From the NCBI GenBank assembly GCA_964016885.1, contig OZ024766.1, positions 11,532,001-11,596,000 of the forward strand: DNA of 64,000 nt, in the 5' to 3' direction. Made by a program: the position numbers and the translations under genes. The notes below the pieces were generated by a model. That model had not been told where the DNA came from. It worked only from the letters and a program-made list of their open reading frames with translations, and made no database searches. Origin of the DNA: Eledone cirrhosa (taxonomy: Eukaryota). Numbering within the stretch: the first letter of the stretch is position 1; each line of letters begins with the position of its first letter. Positions 1 through 12,589 of the stretch are shown in pieces.

Positions 1-36
1 TATATGTGTGTGTGTATGTATATATGTGTGTGTGTG

Positions 37-96
<60 letters not shown>

Positions 97-532
97 ATTC
101 AATATTTTATAAATCGTGTATATATATATAGTTATGTATAATAATTATTATGATGTGTCTTAAATAGATGATAAATCATATATATACATTGTAAATAGTG
201 TGTATATATGTATATATATATAATGGGTATTTTGTATACAGTGTATATATCTAAATATATATATATATATAGTGGATATTTTCTCCATAAATATATGTAT
301 GTATATATAACGTATAATAGACGTATATAATGTGTTTGTGTATATACATATGTATATGTATATAATCATATATAGTGTTTGTGTATATGTATATAATCAT
401 ATATAGTAACCAATCATGTATAGTGTGCTTAATGTTGGTTATAAAAAGGAGAGACTGTGTATTGAACACACACGCATATATATATATATATATATACATT
501 TATATATACATACATATGTGTGTGTATTGAAC

Positions 533-571
<39 letters not shown>

Positions 572-577
572 CATACA

Positions 578-733
578 CAGCGTGTCCCGCAAAAAATGTA
601 TACACACCTCCATAGCATTCTAATCAAAATGTGCATATATATTTAGGGGACAGCCTGTATGGTGTTCCCCCAAAAATATATACACACTTCAACAGCATTT
701 TAATCAGTGTGTATACATTTTTAGGGGACACCC

Positions 734-735
<2 letters not shown>
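578..735. mobile_element. Two tandem ~80-bp Tc1/mariner-like MITEs
   Basis: Each unit has inverted ends resembling CAGGGTGTCCCC-AAAAATGTATACAC / GTGTATACATTTTT-GGGGACACCCTG and is flanked by TA/CA microsatellite; related copies at 26383-26480, 41470-41543, 51846-51933. Confidence 0.55.
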
Positions 736-804
<69 letters not shown>

Positions 805-910
805 GTATAAGAAAGACAGATAAAGAGAGATCTGTATTCTATTTGGTGTATATATATATAGTATATATATATATATATATATGTGTATATATATATATAT
901 ATATGTGTAT

Positions 911-942
<32 letters not shown>

Positions 943-1601
943 GTATATATATGTATATATATGTTTATGTAAATATATGTATATATATATGTATATATAT
1001 GTATGTATATATATGTATATGTATGTATATGTATGTGTATGTATATATATGTATATGTATATATATGTATATATATATATATGTATATATGTATATGTAT
1101 ATATATGTATATATGTATATATATGTATATATGTATATATGTATATATATGTATATATGTATATATATATATATATGTATATATATGTATATGTATATAT
1201 ATATGTATATATATGTATATGTATATATATGTATATATATATGTATATATATGTATATGTATATATATGTGTATATATGTATATATATATGTATATATAT
1301 ATATATATGTATATACACATATGTATATACATATATATACACATATATGTATATACACATATGTATATACATATATATACACATATATGTATATACATAT
1401 ATATACACATATATGTATATACATACATATAGATATACACGCACATACATATACATATATATGTATATAAACATATATATATATATACATAGATATGCGT
1501 GTGTGTGTATATAATATTCGTTAATATGATAGAGAGAGCGAAAAAGACTGAATTATGGCGTGGTGGTTCTATCTAGTTGATAGGCATGCAGGATGATAAA
1601 A

Positions 1602-1641
<40 letters not shown>

Positions 1642-1645
<4 letters not shown>

Positions 1646-1955
1646 ATTTTTATTTTATAGAAGGAGCTTCTACAGGACTAGTACTGTTTCATTCAGATGA
1701 AATCTTCAGGAAGCTCTTGAAGATTTCATCTGAATGAAACAGTACTAGTCCTGTAGAAGCTCCTTCTATAAAATAAAAAAATGTTTACTCTGCCATGTAT
1801 TGAGTACCTTACTTACTGTGGTTACCTCCGATTCAACCCGGAATAACCACAGTAAGTAAGGTACTCAATACATTGCAGAATATAAAAGTTTTAATATAGA
1901 TGAGATTCTACAGGACTAGAACTGTTTCATTCTTTAGAAATCATCAGGATTCCTG

Positions 1956-1958
<3 letters not shown>
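1642..1958. mobile_element. Family A hammerhead repeat cluster (head-to-head and tail-to-tail inverted copies)
   Basis: Arm 1642-1709 is the reverse complement of about 1717-1782; the tail TTACTTACTGTGGTTA is inverted again around 1826-1845. Confidence 0.8.
1664..1716 (-). ncRNA. Type I hammerhead ribozyme motif (family A)
   Basis: Minus strand reads gagcttc-CTGAAGA-tttcatctgaat-GAAA-cag(tactagtc)ctg-TA-gaagctc: 7-bp stem I, intact core, GUA cleavage triplet. Confidence 0.8.
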
Positions 1959-2030
<72 letters not shown>

Positions 2031-2066
2031 AACACTAAGGAAACTAAGAACACATCTATACATGCT

Positions 2067-2114
<48 letters not shown>

Positions 2115-2117
<3 letters not shown>

Positions 2118-2190
2118 GCAGAGTATAAAAGTTTTAATATAGAAGAGATTCTACAGGACTAGAACTGTTTCATTCATTAGAAATCATCAG

Positions 2191-2243
<53 letters not shown>

Positions 2244-2379
2244 TCAGGAATCCTGATGATTTCTAAAGAATGAAACAGTTCTAGTCCTGTAGAATCTCAT
2301 CTATATTAAAACTTTTATACTCTGCAATGTATTGAGTACCTTACTTACTGTGGTTACCTCCGATTCAACCCGGAATAAC
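2115..2379. mobile_element. Two further family A hammerhead copies (minus 2148-2194, plus 2248-2298) separated by (TA)n
   Basis: CTGATGA-tttctaaagaat-GAAA-cagttctagtcctg-TA-gaatc, followed by GTATTGAGTAC and the terminal CCTCCGATTCAACCCGGAATAAC. Confidence 0.75.
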
Positions 2380-2488
2380 ATATATATATATACATATATA
2401 TATTATATATATATATATATATATACAGAGAGATTTGATACGAGTGGTGATGTGGTGTGTAGTCTTATCTGGTGATAGGTTCAGTGAA

Positions 2489-2535
<47 letters not shown>

Positions 2536-2541
2536 TGTATA

Positions 2542-2697
2542 ACCCCGACGGCAGAGCTCAGGCCCTTTCGACGGCTATTTCCGTCCAAACGGCTTGAGCT
2601 CTGCCGTCGGGGTCATACATCTTCCTATTACCCACTCTACTACCCTAGGTATTGAGTACTCTGGTGCGTTATGGTCCATCTGGTTCCTTACCACACT
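2542..2697 (+). mobile_element. Family B repeat (3' half of a hammerhead plus GTATTGAGTAC tail)
   Basis: Fold-back CCCCGACGGCAGAGCTCA...TTGAGCTCTGCCGTCGGGG; related copies at 26171-26350, 27107-27236, 33797-33956, 35988-36092, 56976-57017, 61611-61805, 62245-62363. Confidence 0.65.
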
Positions 2698-2698
2698 T

Positions 2699-2737
<39 letters not shown>

Positions 2738-2941
2738 GTGTATATGTTTGTATATACACTCACACACGCACGCACATATATATATATATATATAGTATGG
2801 TATGTTTCGGCGTATAAGACCCCACCGCCTTTCTAAGTAAACACACCCACCCTCCACGCCAAAAAATTAATTTGACATCAAAATACGTTTGCGTCTTATA
2901 CACCGGACATACAGTATATCAGTTCCTACGATGACTTCGTT

Positions 2942-2972
<31 letters not shown>

Positions 2973-2974
2973 CA

Positions 2975-3014
<40 letters not shown>

Positions 3015-3144
3015 CAAACATATATATGTATATATATATATATTAATAGCACACACACATATATATATATATATATATAATTTAAATCCAGTGACAACCA
3101 AATATATACATATATAAGCATATATATATATATATACTTATATA

Positions 3145-3210
<66 letters not shown>

Positions 3211-3213
3211 TAC

Positions 3214-3405
3214 GTTATTCCGGGTTGAATCGGAGGTAACCACAGTAAGTAAGGTACTCAATACATTGCAGAGTATAAAAGTTTTAATATAGAAGAGATT
3301 CTACAGGACTAGAACTGTTTCATTCTTTAGAAATCATCAGGAATCTGAGAATCCTGATGATTTCTAAAGAATGAAACAGTTCTAGTCCTGTAGAATCTCA
3401 TCTAA
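3214..3405. ncRNA. Head-to-head pair of family A hammerheads (minus 3296-3346, plus 3346-3400)
   Basis: Minus copy stem I agattc/gaatct (6 bp); plus copy tgagaatc/gaatctca (7 of 8 pairs); both cores intact. Confidence 0.8.
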
Positions 3406-3509
3406 TATATATATATATATATATATAGGTGTGTGTCTCTCTCTCTCTCTCTATATATATATGTACAATTTTAATCCAGTGACAACCCATTATATACATA
3501 TAAACATAC

Positions 3510-3542
<33 letters not shown>

Positions 3543-3681
3543 TGTCTGTATAGTGTATACAGGCAGGGTGTTTATATAAATTCCTTGTGTAAAATTGAAA
3601 TGTTAACTTTTAACTTTAAATTTGTAAAAGACTTTAATAAACATCCATGTGGTGTATATATACATATACATCTATATATAC

Positions 3682-3730
<49 letters not shown>

Positions 3731-3851
3731 GATATAATGTTTTTTTTAATGTTTAATGCTAGAGAGAGAGAGAGAGAGAGATAAGGGGGATGGGTTGTGC
3801 CTGCAGATAAGTTTCCCTCCTTTTGACAAGAGGCGAAATGTATATACACAC

Positions 3852-3893
<42 letters not shown>

Positions 3894-4020
3894 TGTACAT
3901 ATATATATATATATCAATCACATACCATATACTTAACACTCACACATGTACACAGTATAACTTATATACAGCATACATACATCAAAGACACACATATATA
4001 CAACATATATATGGTTGTAT

Positions 4021-4072
<52 letters not shown>

Positions 4073-4362
4073 ACACACATATATACACATATATAGCATA
4101 TAAATACATATATGTATATAGCAAGCACATATATACAACACACACACATATATATAGCATATATAACACACAATTCATATAGTATATATAATATATATAC
4201 AATATGTAGTTAATAAAAATGTAATATATATATATAATATACACACATATATTTAATACACATTTGCTATATATATATATATAATTCATACATTATACAC
4301 ACATCTCATAAGATATATACACTATACAATTTTAATACAGTATTCACAAAATATGACATACA

Positions 4363-4406
<44 letters not shown>

Positions 4407-4407
4407 G

Positions 4408-4632
4408 ATGGCTGCCCCCTCGTTATCGAGTATGGCCATTGCACGAGGATAGTCCCTAACATTCCACTGTAAAGTGGTTGTGGAGGTGCCACGGCAAAAA
4501 AGCACCCAGCAATCACTGTAAATGACGTTGGTGTTAGGAAGGGCATCCAGCTGTAGAAATGAAGCCAGAATCAGTTCCCGTCCCACCCTCACAAGCAGGG
4601 ACAAGTGGACATAAAATGTTCTTGATGATGAT
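4408..4632. mobile_element. RTE-LINE 3' end (minus, 4408-4450) next to an RTE-associated SINE-like fragment (plus, 4458-4632)
   Basis: 4408-4440 is the reverse complement of a sequence resembling 58383-58416; the second part has GTTGGTGTTAGGAAGGGCATCCAGC and a (GAT)n tail. Confidence 0.55.
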
Positions 4633-4639
4633 CCATCCA

Positions 4640-5578
4640 GGGCTGGTAAAATTCCCGAGATCCATGGACAAGTTCACTCCAGCGGTCTCTGTTCCTCATT
4701 ATAGCTGCCATGTCCTGCGTCTCCAAGAGACCAGTGTCTGTCCTTAGGGCATCAACATATGTTATATGTTAACCTCGGTCTCCCTCTTCTAGTGTGTCCA
4801 TGCAGGGGCTCCCACAGGAGCACTGAGTGCAGTGTCAACTCTGGATGTCGGTGAGCATGTCCAGCTAACCAAGTGTATCCATCCATGTAGGGACTCCCAC
4901 AGGAGCACTGAGTGCAGTGTCAACTCTGGATGTCGGTGAGCATGTCCAGCTAACCAAGTGTATCCATCCATGTAGGGACTCCCACAGGAGTACTGAGTGC
5001 AGTGTCAACTCTGGATGTCGGTGCACATGTCCAGCTAACCTAGTGTGTCCATGTAGGGGCTCCCACAGGAGCACTGAGTGCAGTGTCAACTCTGGATGTC
5101 GGTGAGCATGTCCAGCTAACCTAGTGTGTCCATGTAGGGACTCCCACAGGAGCACTGAGTGCAGTGTCAACTCTGGATGTCGGTGAGCATGTCCAGCTAA
5201 CCTAGTGTGTCCATGCAGGGGCTCCCACAGGAGCACTGAGTGCAGTGTCAACTCTGGATGTCGGTGAGCATGTCCAGCTAACCTAGTGTGTCCATGTAGG
5301 GACTCCCACAGGAGCACTGAGTGCAATGTCAACTCTGGATGTCGGTGAGCATGTCCAGCTAACCTAGTGTGTCCATGTAGGGGCTCCCACAGGAGCACTG
5401 AGTGCAGTGTCAACTCTGGATGTCGGTGAGCATGTCCAGCTAACCTCAGTCTCCTCTGTGTCACTTTTGAGCTGACTTTTGGGAGGCTCCCGTACAGCTC
5501 TGAGTTCTTCATCTTCAGTGTATACTGATTAATGTTCAGAGCCATCGTCAGCATTCTTGGGTAGCACCCATCCACCAT
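4640..5578 (-). pseudogene. C-terminal fragment of an RTE-like non-LTR retrotransposon ORF with 8 tandem copies of an 81-bp (27-aa) unit
   Basis: Translation RMLTMALNI...[43 protein letters not shown] resembles LINE post-RT regions; unit anchors at 4811, 4896, 4981, 5062, 5143, 5224, 5305, 5386. Confidence 0.75.
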
Positions 5579-5596
5579 ATATTGTGTGTGTGTGTA

Positions 5597-5795
5597 AGGC
5601 ATGTGGCTTGATGGTTAGAGCGTCCGGGTTGCAATCGTGAGGTTGTGTGTTTGATTCTTGAACTGAGTGATGTGATGTGATATTGAGCAAAACAGTTTAT
5701 TTTACATTGCTCCAGTTCACTCAGCTGTAGAAATGAGTTGCGATGTCACTGGTGCCAAGCTGTATCACCTAATGCCTATCACTTGGACAACATCA
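5597..5795 (+). mobile_element. tRNA-derived CORE-type SINE, 5' part (3' part at 9241-9385)
   Basis: Degenerate A/B boxes and TTGAGCAAAACAGTTTA core; matches the cleaner copy at 21254-21398. Confidence 0.65.
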
Positions 5796-5836
5796 TATAT
5801 AGTGTACATATAGAATATATAGTGTATATAATAGTA

Positions 5837-5980
5837 TCATCATCATCGTTTAACATCCATCATCCACGTAGCATGGGTTAGACGGTTTTGTTCCATTTGA
5901 TGCAGGATTGGTCAGGAGACCGTGTCTTGCTCGTAAGGAAGTGTCCCTGGCAGGTTTTCTGCTGGATACCCTTCCTAACA
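5837..5980 (-). mobile_element. RTE-associated SINE-like element 3' end with (GAT)n tail
   Basis: CATCATCATCGTTTAACATCC...GGATACCCTTCCTAACAC; same family as 22506-22697, 25624-26150, 27471-27770. Confidence 0.7.
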
Positions 5981-8900
5981 CTGGGAGCCTTTTTACTGTG
6001 TCTCCTACATGACCACTTTACAGTGTGGACTGGGAGCCTTTTTACTGTGTCTCCTACATGACCACTTTACAGTGTGGACTGGGAGCCTTTTTACTGTGTC
6101 TCCTACACGACCACTTTACACCGTGGACTGGGAGCCTTTTTACTGTGTCTCCTACATGACCACCTTACAGTGTGGAGTGGGAGCCTTTTTACTGTGTCTC
6201 TTACATGACCACATTACAGTGTGGACTGGGAGCCTTTTTACTGTGGCTCCTACACGACCACTTTACAGTGTGGAATGGGAGCCGTTTTACTGTGTCTCCT
6301 ACATGACCACTTTACAATGTGGACTGGGAGCCTTTTTACTGTGTCTCCTACATGACCACATTACAGTGTGGACTGGGAGCCTTTTTACTGTGTCTCCTAC
6401 ACGACCACTTTACAGTGTGGAATGGGAGCCGTTTTACTGTGTCTCCTACATGACCACTTTACAGTGTGGAATGGGAGCCTTTTTACTGTGTCTCCTACAT
6501 GACCACTTTACAATGTGGACTGGGAGCCTTTTTACTGTGTCTCCTACATGACCACATTACAGTGTGGACTGGGAGCCTTTTTACTGTGTCTCCTACACGA
6601 CCACTTTACAGTGTGGACTAGGAGCCTTTTTACTGTGTCTCCTACACGACCACTTTACAGTGTGGACTGGGAGCCTTTTTACTGTGTCTCCTACATGACC
6701 ACTTTACAGTGTGGAATGGGAGCCGTTTTACTGTGTCTCCTACATGACCACTTTACAATGTGGACTGGGAGCCTTTTTACTGTGTCTCCTACATGACCAC
6801 ATTACAGTGTGGACTGGGAGCCTTTTTACTGTGTCTCCTACACGACCACTTTACAGTGTGGACTGGGAGCCTTTTTACTGTGTCTCCTACACGACCACTT
6901 TACAGTGTGGACTGGGAGCCTTTTTACTGTGTCTCCTACACGACCACTTTACAGTGTGGACTGGGAGCCTTTTTACCGTGTCTCCTACACAACCACCTTA
7001 CAGTGTGGATTGGGAGCCTTTTTACTGTGTCTCCTACACGACCACTTTACAGTGTGGACTGGGAGCCTTTTTACTGTGTCTCCTACACGACCACTTTACA
7101 GTGTGGACTGGGAGCCTTTTTACTGTGTCTCCTACACGACCACTTTACAGTGTGGACTGGGAGCCTTTTTACTGTGTCTCCTACACGACCACTTTACAGT
7201 GTGGACTGGGAGCCTTTTTACCGTGTCTCCTACACAACCACCTTACAGTGTGGATTGGGAGCCTTTTTACTGTGTCTCCTACACGACCACTTTACAGTGT
7301 GGACTGGGAGCCTTTTTACTGTGTCTCCTACACGACCACTTTACAGTGTGGACTGGGAGCCTTTTTACTGTGTCTCCTACATGACCACTTTACAGTGTGG
7401 ACTGGGAGCCTTTTTACTGTGTCTCCTACACGACCACTTTACAGTGTGAACTGGGAGCCTTTATACTGTGTCTCCTACATGACCACTTTACAGTGTGGAC
7501 TGGGAGCCTTTTCACTGTGTCTCCTACACAACCACCTTACAGTGTGGACTGGGAGCCTTTTTACTGTGTCTCCTACACGACCACTTTACAGTGTGGACTG
7601 GGAGCCTTTTTACTGTGTCTCCTACATGACCACTTTACAGTGTGGACTGGGAGCCTTTTTACTGTGTCTCCTACACGACCACTTTACAGTGTGAACTGGG
7701 AGCCTTTATACTGTGTCTCCTACATGACCACTTTACAGTGTGGACTGGGAGCCTTTTCACTGTGTCTCCTACACAACCACCTTACAGTGTGGACTGGGAG
7801 CCTTTTTACTGTGTCTCCTACACGACCACTTTACTGTGTGGACTGGGAGCCTTTTTACTGTGTCTCCTACATGACCACTTTACAGTGTGGACTGGGAGCC
7901 TTTTTACTGTGTCTCCTACACGACCACTTTACAATGTGGACTGGGAGCCTTTTTACTGTGTCTCCTACACGGCCACTTTACAGTGTGGACTGGGAGCCTT
8001 TTTACTGTGTCTCCTACACGGCCACTTTACAGTGTGGACTGGGAGCCTTTTTACTGTGTCTCCTACACGACCACTTTACAGTGTGGACTGGGAGCCTTTT
8101 TACTGTGTCTCCTATACGACCACTTTACAGTCTGGACTGGGAGCGTTTTTACCGTGTCTCCTACATGACCACTTTACAGTGTGGACGGGGAGCCTTTTTA
8201 CCATGTCTCCTACACGACCACTTTACAGTGTGGACTGGGAGCCCTTTTACTGTGTCTCCTACACTACCACTTTACAATGTGGACTAGGAGCCTTTTTACT
8301 GTGTCTCCTACATGACCACTTTACAGTGTGGACTGGGAGCCTTTTTACTGTGTCTCCTACATGACCACCTTACAGTGTGGACTGGGAGCCTTTTTACTGT
8401 CTCCTACATGACCACTTTACAGTGTGGACTGGGAGCCTTTTTACCGTGTCTCCTACACGACCACTTTACAGTGTGGATGGGGAGCCTTTTTACTGTGTCT
8501 CCTACATGACCACTTTACAGTGTGGACTGGGAGCCTTTTTACTGTGTCTCCTACATGACCACTTTACAGTGTGGACTGGGAGCCTTTTTACCGTGTCTCC
8601 TACACGACCACTTTACAGTGTGGATGGGGAGCCTTTTTACTGTGTCTCCTACATGACCACTTTACAGTGTGGACTGGGAGCCTTTTTACTGTCTCCTACA
8701 TGACCACTTTACAGTGTGGACTGGGAGCCTTTTTACCGTGTCTCCTACACGACCACTTTACAGTGTGGATGGGGAGCCTTTTTACTGTGTCTCCTACACG
8801 ACCACTTTACAGTGTGGACTGGGAGCCTTTTTACCGTGTCTCCTACACGACCACTTTACAGTGTGGATGGGGAGCCTTTTTACTGTGTCTCCTACATGAC

Positions 8901-9230
8901 CACTTTACAGTGTGGACTGGGAGCCTTTTTACCGTGTCTCCTACACGACCACTTTACAGTGTGGATGGGGAGCCTTTTTACCGTGTCTCCTACATGACCA
9001 CTTTACAGTGTGGATGGGGAGCCTTTTTACTGTGTCTCCTACATGACCACTTTACAGTGTGGACTGGGAGCCCTTTTACTGTGTCTCCTACATGACCACT
9101 TTACAGTGTGGACTGGGAGCCCTTTTACTGTGTCTCCTACATGACCACTTTACAGTGTGGATGGGGAGCCTTTTTACTGTGTCTCCTACATGACCACTTT
9201 ACAGTGTGGACTGGGAGCCTTTTTGTTGTG
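5981..9230. repeat. 49-bp minisatellite, about 66 copies
   Basis: Unit CTGGGAGCCTTTTTACTGTGTCTCCTACA(T/C)GACCACTTTACAGTGTGGA, period 49 (5981, 6030...). Confidence 0.97.
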
Positions 9231-9240
9231 ATATCATTCC

Positions 9241-9382
9241 CTTGGACAACATCAGTGGTGTAGATTGGTATGCATGGGTGACTACTGGTCTTCCATACAC
9301 AACCTTGCCTGGACTTATGCCTCCGAGGGGAACTTTCTAGGGGCACATACCCTGGTCATTCCTGACTGAAGGGGGTCTCTAC

Positions 9383-9385
<3 letters not shown>
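9241..9385 (+). mobile_element. 3' part of the CORE-type SINE interrupted at 5795
   Basis: Resumes at the duplicated CTTGGACAACATCA and ends GACTGAAGGGGGTCTCTACCT before (TA)n. Confidence 0.55.
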
Positions 9386-9431
<46 letters not shown>

Positions 9432-9436
<5 letters not shown>

Positions 9437-9627
9437 GTTTCTACTTTTGGCACAAGGCCAGCAATAATCCCAGTGTATTACTGGTACTTTATTTTATCGA
9501 GCCCCGTAAGGATGAAAGGCAAAGTTAACCTCGGCGGGATTTGAACTCAGAACATAAAGGGCCGTAACTCTTTGCTGCAAAGCATGGCGTCCGACCCCCT
9601 ACCGATACTGCCAATCCACCGCCCTTT
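9432..9627 (-). mobile_element. tRNA-derived SINE with Meta-like core
   Basis: Minus strand has B box GAGTTCAAATCCC and core TTTGCCTTTCATCCTTACGGGG(C)TCGATAAAATAAAGTACCAG. Confidence 0.8.
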
Positions 9628-9724
9628 AATGAACAGTCGTGCTTTTTCTCGAAGAAATTGTTTTCATTTCTACCCCCTGCTCTCTATCCTCTGCCTTTCT
9701 ATCCTGTCTTTTATTTCTCATTCT

Positions 9725-9760
9725 TTTTCTGATGAAGGACCAGCGTCCGAAACGTTAAGC
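9725..9760 (+). ncRNA. Minimal type I hammerhead (family D)
   Basis: CTGATGA-a-ggac(cagc)gtcc-GAA-ACGT-t-aag: palindromic ACGT in place of stem III, short stem I. Confidence 0.65.
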
Positions 9761-9821
9761 ATTTTACTACTATATCAAGTGTGAAATTAATATATAATCT
9801 TCATGATCTATTGTGTTTTTC

Positions 9822-10160
9822 CTGCCGAGGTTAACTTTGCCTTTCATCCTTACGGGGTCGATAAACTAAAGTATCAGTAATACACTGGGGTAATTGCTGA
9901 CCTTGTGCCTAAAGTAGAAACAATTATTACAGGGTCAATACAATAAAATACCAGTAATACACTGGGGTAATTGCTGACCTTGTGCCTAAAGTAGAAACAA
10001 TTATTACAGGGTCAATACAATAAAATACCAGTAATACACTGGGGTAATTGCTGGCCTTGTGCCTAACGTAGAAACAATTATTACAGGGTCAATAAAATAA
10101 AGTACCAGTAATACACTGGGGTAATTGCTGGCCTTGTGCCAATAGTAGAAACAATTATTA
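9822..10160 (+). mobile_element. Meta-core SINE fragment with 4 tandem copies of its 77-bp 3' end
   Basis: AATACACTGGGGTAATTGCTG recurs at 9879, 9956, 10033, 10110. Confidence 0.8.
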
Positions 10161-10234
10161 TTGTGTTTTTCCCTGTTTAATTTCCCCATACATACATGTA
10201 TACATATATATATATACACACACATGCACAGAAA

Positions 10235-10278
<44 letters not shown>

Positions 10279-10564
10279 AACACAAACACACACACACACA
10301 CCATGTTTATAGAAATGGCTTCTACAGGACTAGAACTGTTTCATTCAAATGTATTGAGTATTGAGTACCTTACTTACTGTGGTTACCCCCCGATTGAACC
10401 TGGGACACTCACACACATACACACCTATATATATATATATATGTTGATGATGATGATGATATATATATATGATGTATGAATGGACATGTTATTTTTTTCT
10501 AAAAACATTTTTTTTTCCAATTCCAACCCGCCAGTCCCCTCAATATACCTTATTTCTCATTCTT

Positions 10565-10600
10565 TCTTCTGATGAAGGACTAGCGTCCAAAATGTTAAGA
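10565..10600 (+). ncRNA. Degenerate minimal hammerhead (family D)
   Basis: tctt-CTGATGA-a-ggac(tagc)gtcc-AAAA-tgtt-aaga; GAAA changed to AAAA, 4-bp stem I. Confidence 0.5.
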
Positions 10601-10712
10601 CCCTCTTCCTGCTGTATCAAGTGTTAACCTAATATATTCCTTCCATATACTGTACTGATTGTGTTGTTATTTCTGTTTACCCTTTACACATATGTGTGTG
10701 TGTGTGTATATA

Positions 10713-10775
<63 letters not shown>

Positions 10776-11278
10776 ATATATATGTATGTATATATATATG
10801 TGTATATATATGTATATGTGTATATATATGTATATGTGTATATATGTATATGTGTATATATATGTATATATATATATATGTGTATATATATGTATATGTG
10901 TATATATATGTATATGTGTATATATATATATGTATATGTGTGTATATGTGTATATATATGTATATGTGTATATATATGTATATGTGTATATATATGTATA
11001 TGTGTATATATATGTATATATATATATATATATGTGTGTATATATATATATATATGTGTGTATATATATATATATGTGTATATATGTGTATATATATGTA
11101 TATATATATATATATGTGTGTATATATATATATATGTGTATATATGTGTATATATATGTATATATATATATATATGTGTGTATATATATATATATATGTG
11201 TGTATATATATATATATGTGTATATATATATATATATGTGTATATATATGTATATATATATATATATGTGTATATATA

Positions 11279-11319
<41 letters not shown>

Positions 11320-11478
11320 GTATATATATATATATGTGTATATATATGTATATATATGTGTATATATATGTATATGTGTATATATATGTATATGTATGTA
11401 TATATGTAAATGTGTGTATATATGTATATATATGTGTATATATATGTATATATGTATATGTATATATATGTGTATATA

Positions 11479-11529
<51 letters not shown>

Positions 11530-12048
11530 TGCAGTCAATTTGGCAGACTTGTTAGAGTGTTATAGATATTCTGGGCCTCTGTGTTATGAGTTTAAATCCC
11601 ACATAGGGTCCACATTGCCTTTCAACTTTTAACTTTCAGGGGTCAATAAAGTACCACCCTAGTGTTGGTACAGCTCCCTATTATTCTAACTGTTATATCC
11701 TGGATTTTTCACTGGATCGAAAGATGTTTCTCTTTGCTGAAGGTCCCCTTTGTCTTCCCTTCACTTAGGGGTCGGTAACAAAAATACCAGAGTGTTGGTG
11801 CAGCCCCCTTTTATTCTAACTGTCATAGTTTGGGATTTTCTGTTGGATCACTGAAAGAAAAAAAAGGGGAGAGTTGAAAGGGTGTCCTTGTCAGCTGATG
11901 TCCTCTTTGTAGGGTTGGAGTTGGACCTTGAGGGGCACATCAACAGACCTGTCGACTCTCCCCCATCTGACAGGGAGATCTCCTAACATCTTCGGAGTGG
12001 GTGAGAGAGATGTCTTGTGAAAATGGGTATAGCTTTCATTATATAAAA

Positions 12049-12230
12049 TTGGCAGTGTCGGTAGAGAGTCGGACACCATGCTTTGAAGCATAGAGTTACG
12101 TCCCTTTACGATCTGAGTTCAAATTCCGCCGAGGTTAACTTTGCCTTTCATACTTACGGGGTCGATAAAATAAAGTACCAGTAATGCACTGGGTAATTGC
12201 TGGCCTTGTGCCTAAAATAGAAACAATTAT
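12049..12230 (+). mobile_element. Near full-length Meta-core SINE, possibly nested in a MITE (11944-12326)
   Basis: TGGCAGTGTCGGTAGAG...GAGTTCAAATTCC...GGGGTCGATAAAATAAAGTACCAG; flanking inverted ends CAGACCTGTCGAC / GTTGGCAGGTCTG. Confidence 0.75.
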
Positions 12231-12589
12231 GTAAAATCTCCCCATTTTGCCTCATTTCTTCCTGTTTTGGGTACCCTTATTTTCATGGTACCCCCCTGTT
12301 TGGGTTTTTAGAGGTTGGCAGGTCTGCCTCAAGCACAAAAAATAGAATACACAGCAAAACCCCCCCAGTTTCACGTAACAAAGTTAGCTTTGTGCAAATA
12401 ATTGGAATTGAAAAGTTATACATACAAGTATTAAATTAAAAAATTCTAACCATCCTAAAACTAAAAAGCCCAGATGAGGGCACAAATAAGTTCCTATGGC
12501 CGTCACTGGTGGGTCCCTCACTACAGGGGGCTTGGGCCAATTGCCCCCTTTTACCCTCCCCCCATTAAATCTGGCCCTGCCTCTTTGCA

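Noticed and set aside
6009-9095. Overlapping Cys/Trp-rich ORFs
   Set aside because: The 49-bp period cycles through all three frames; a minisatellite artefact.
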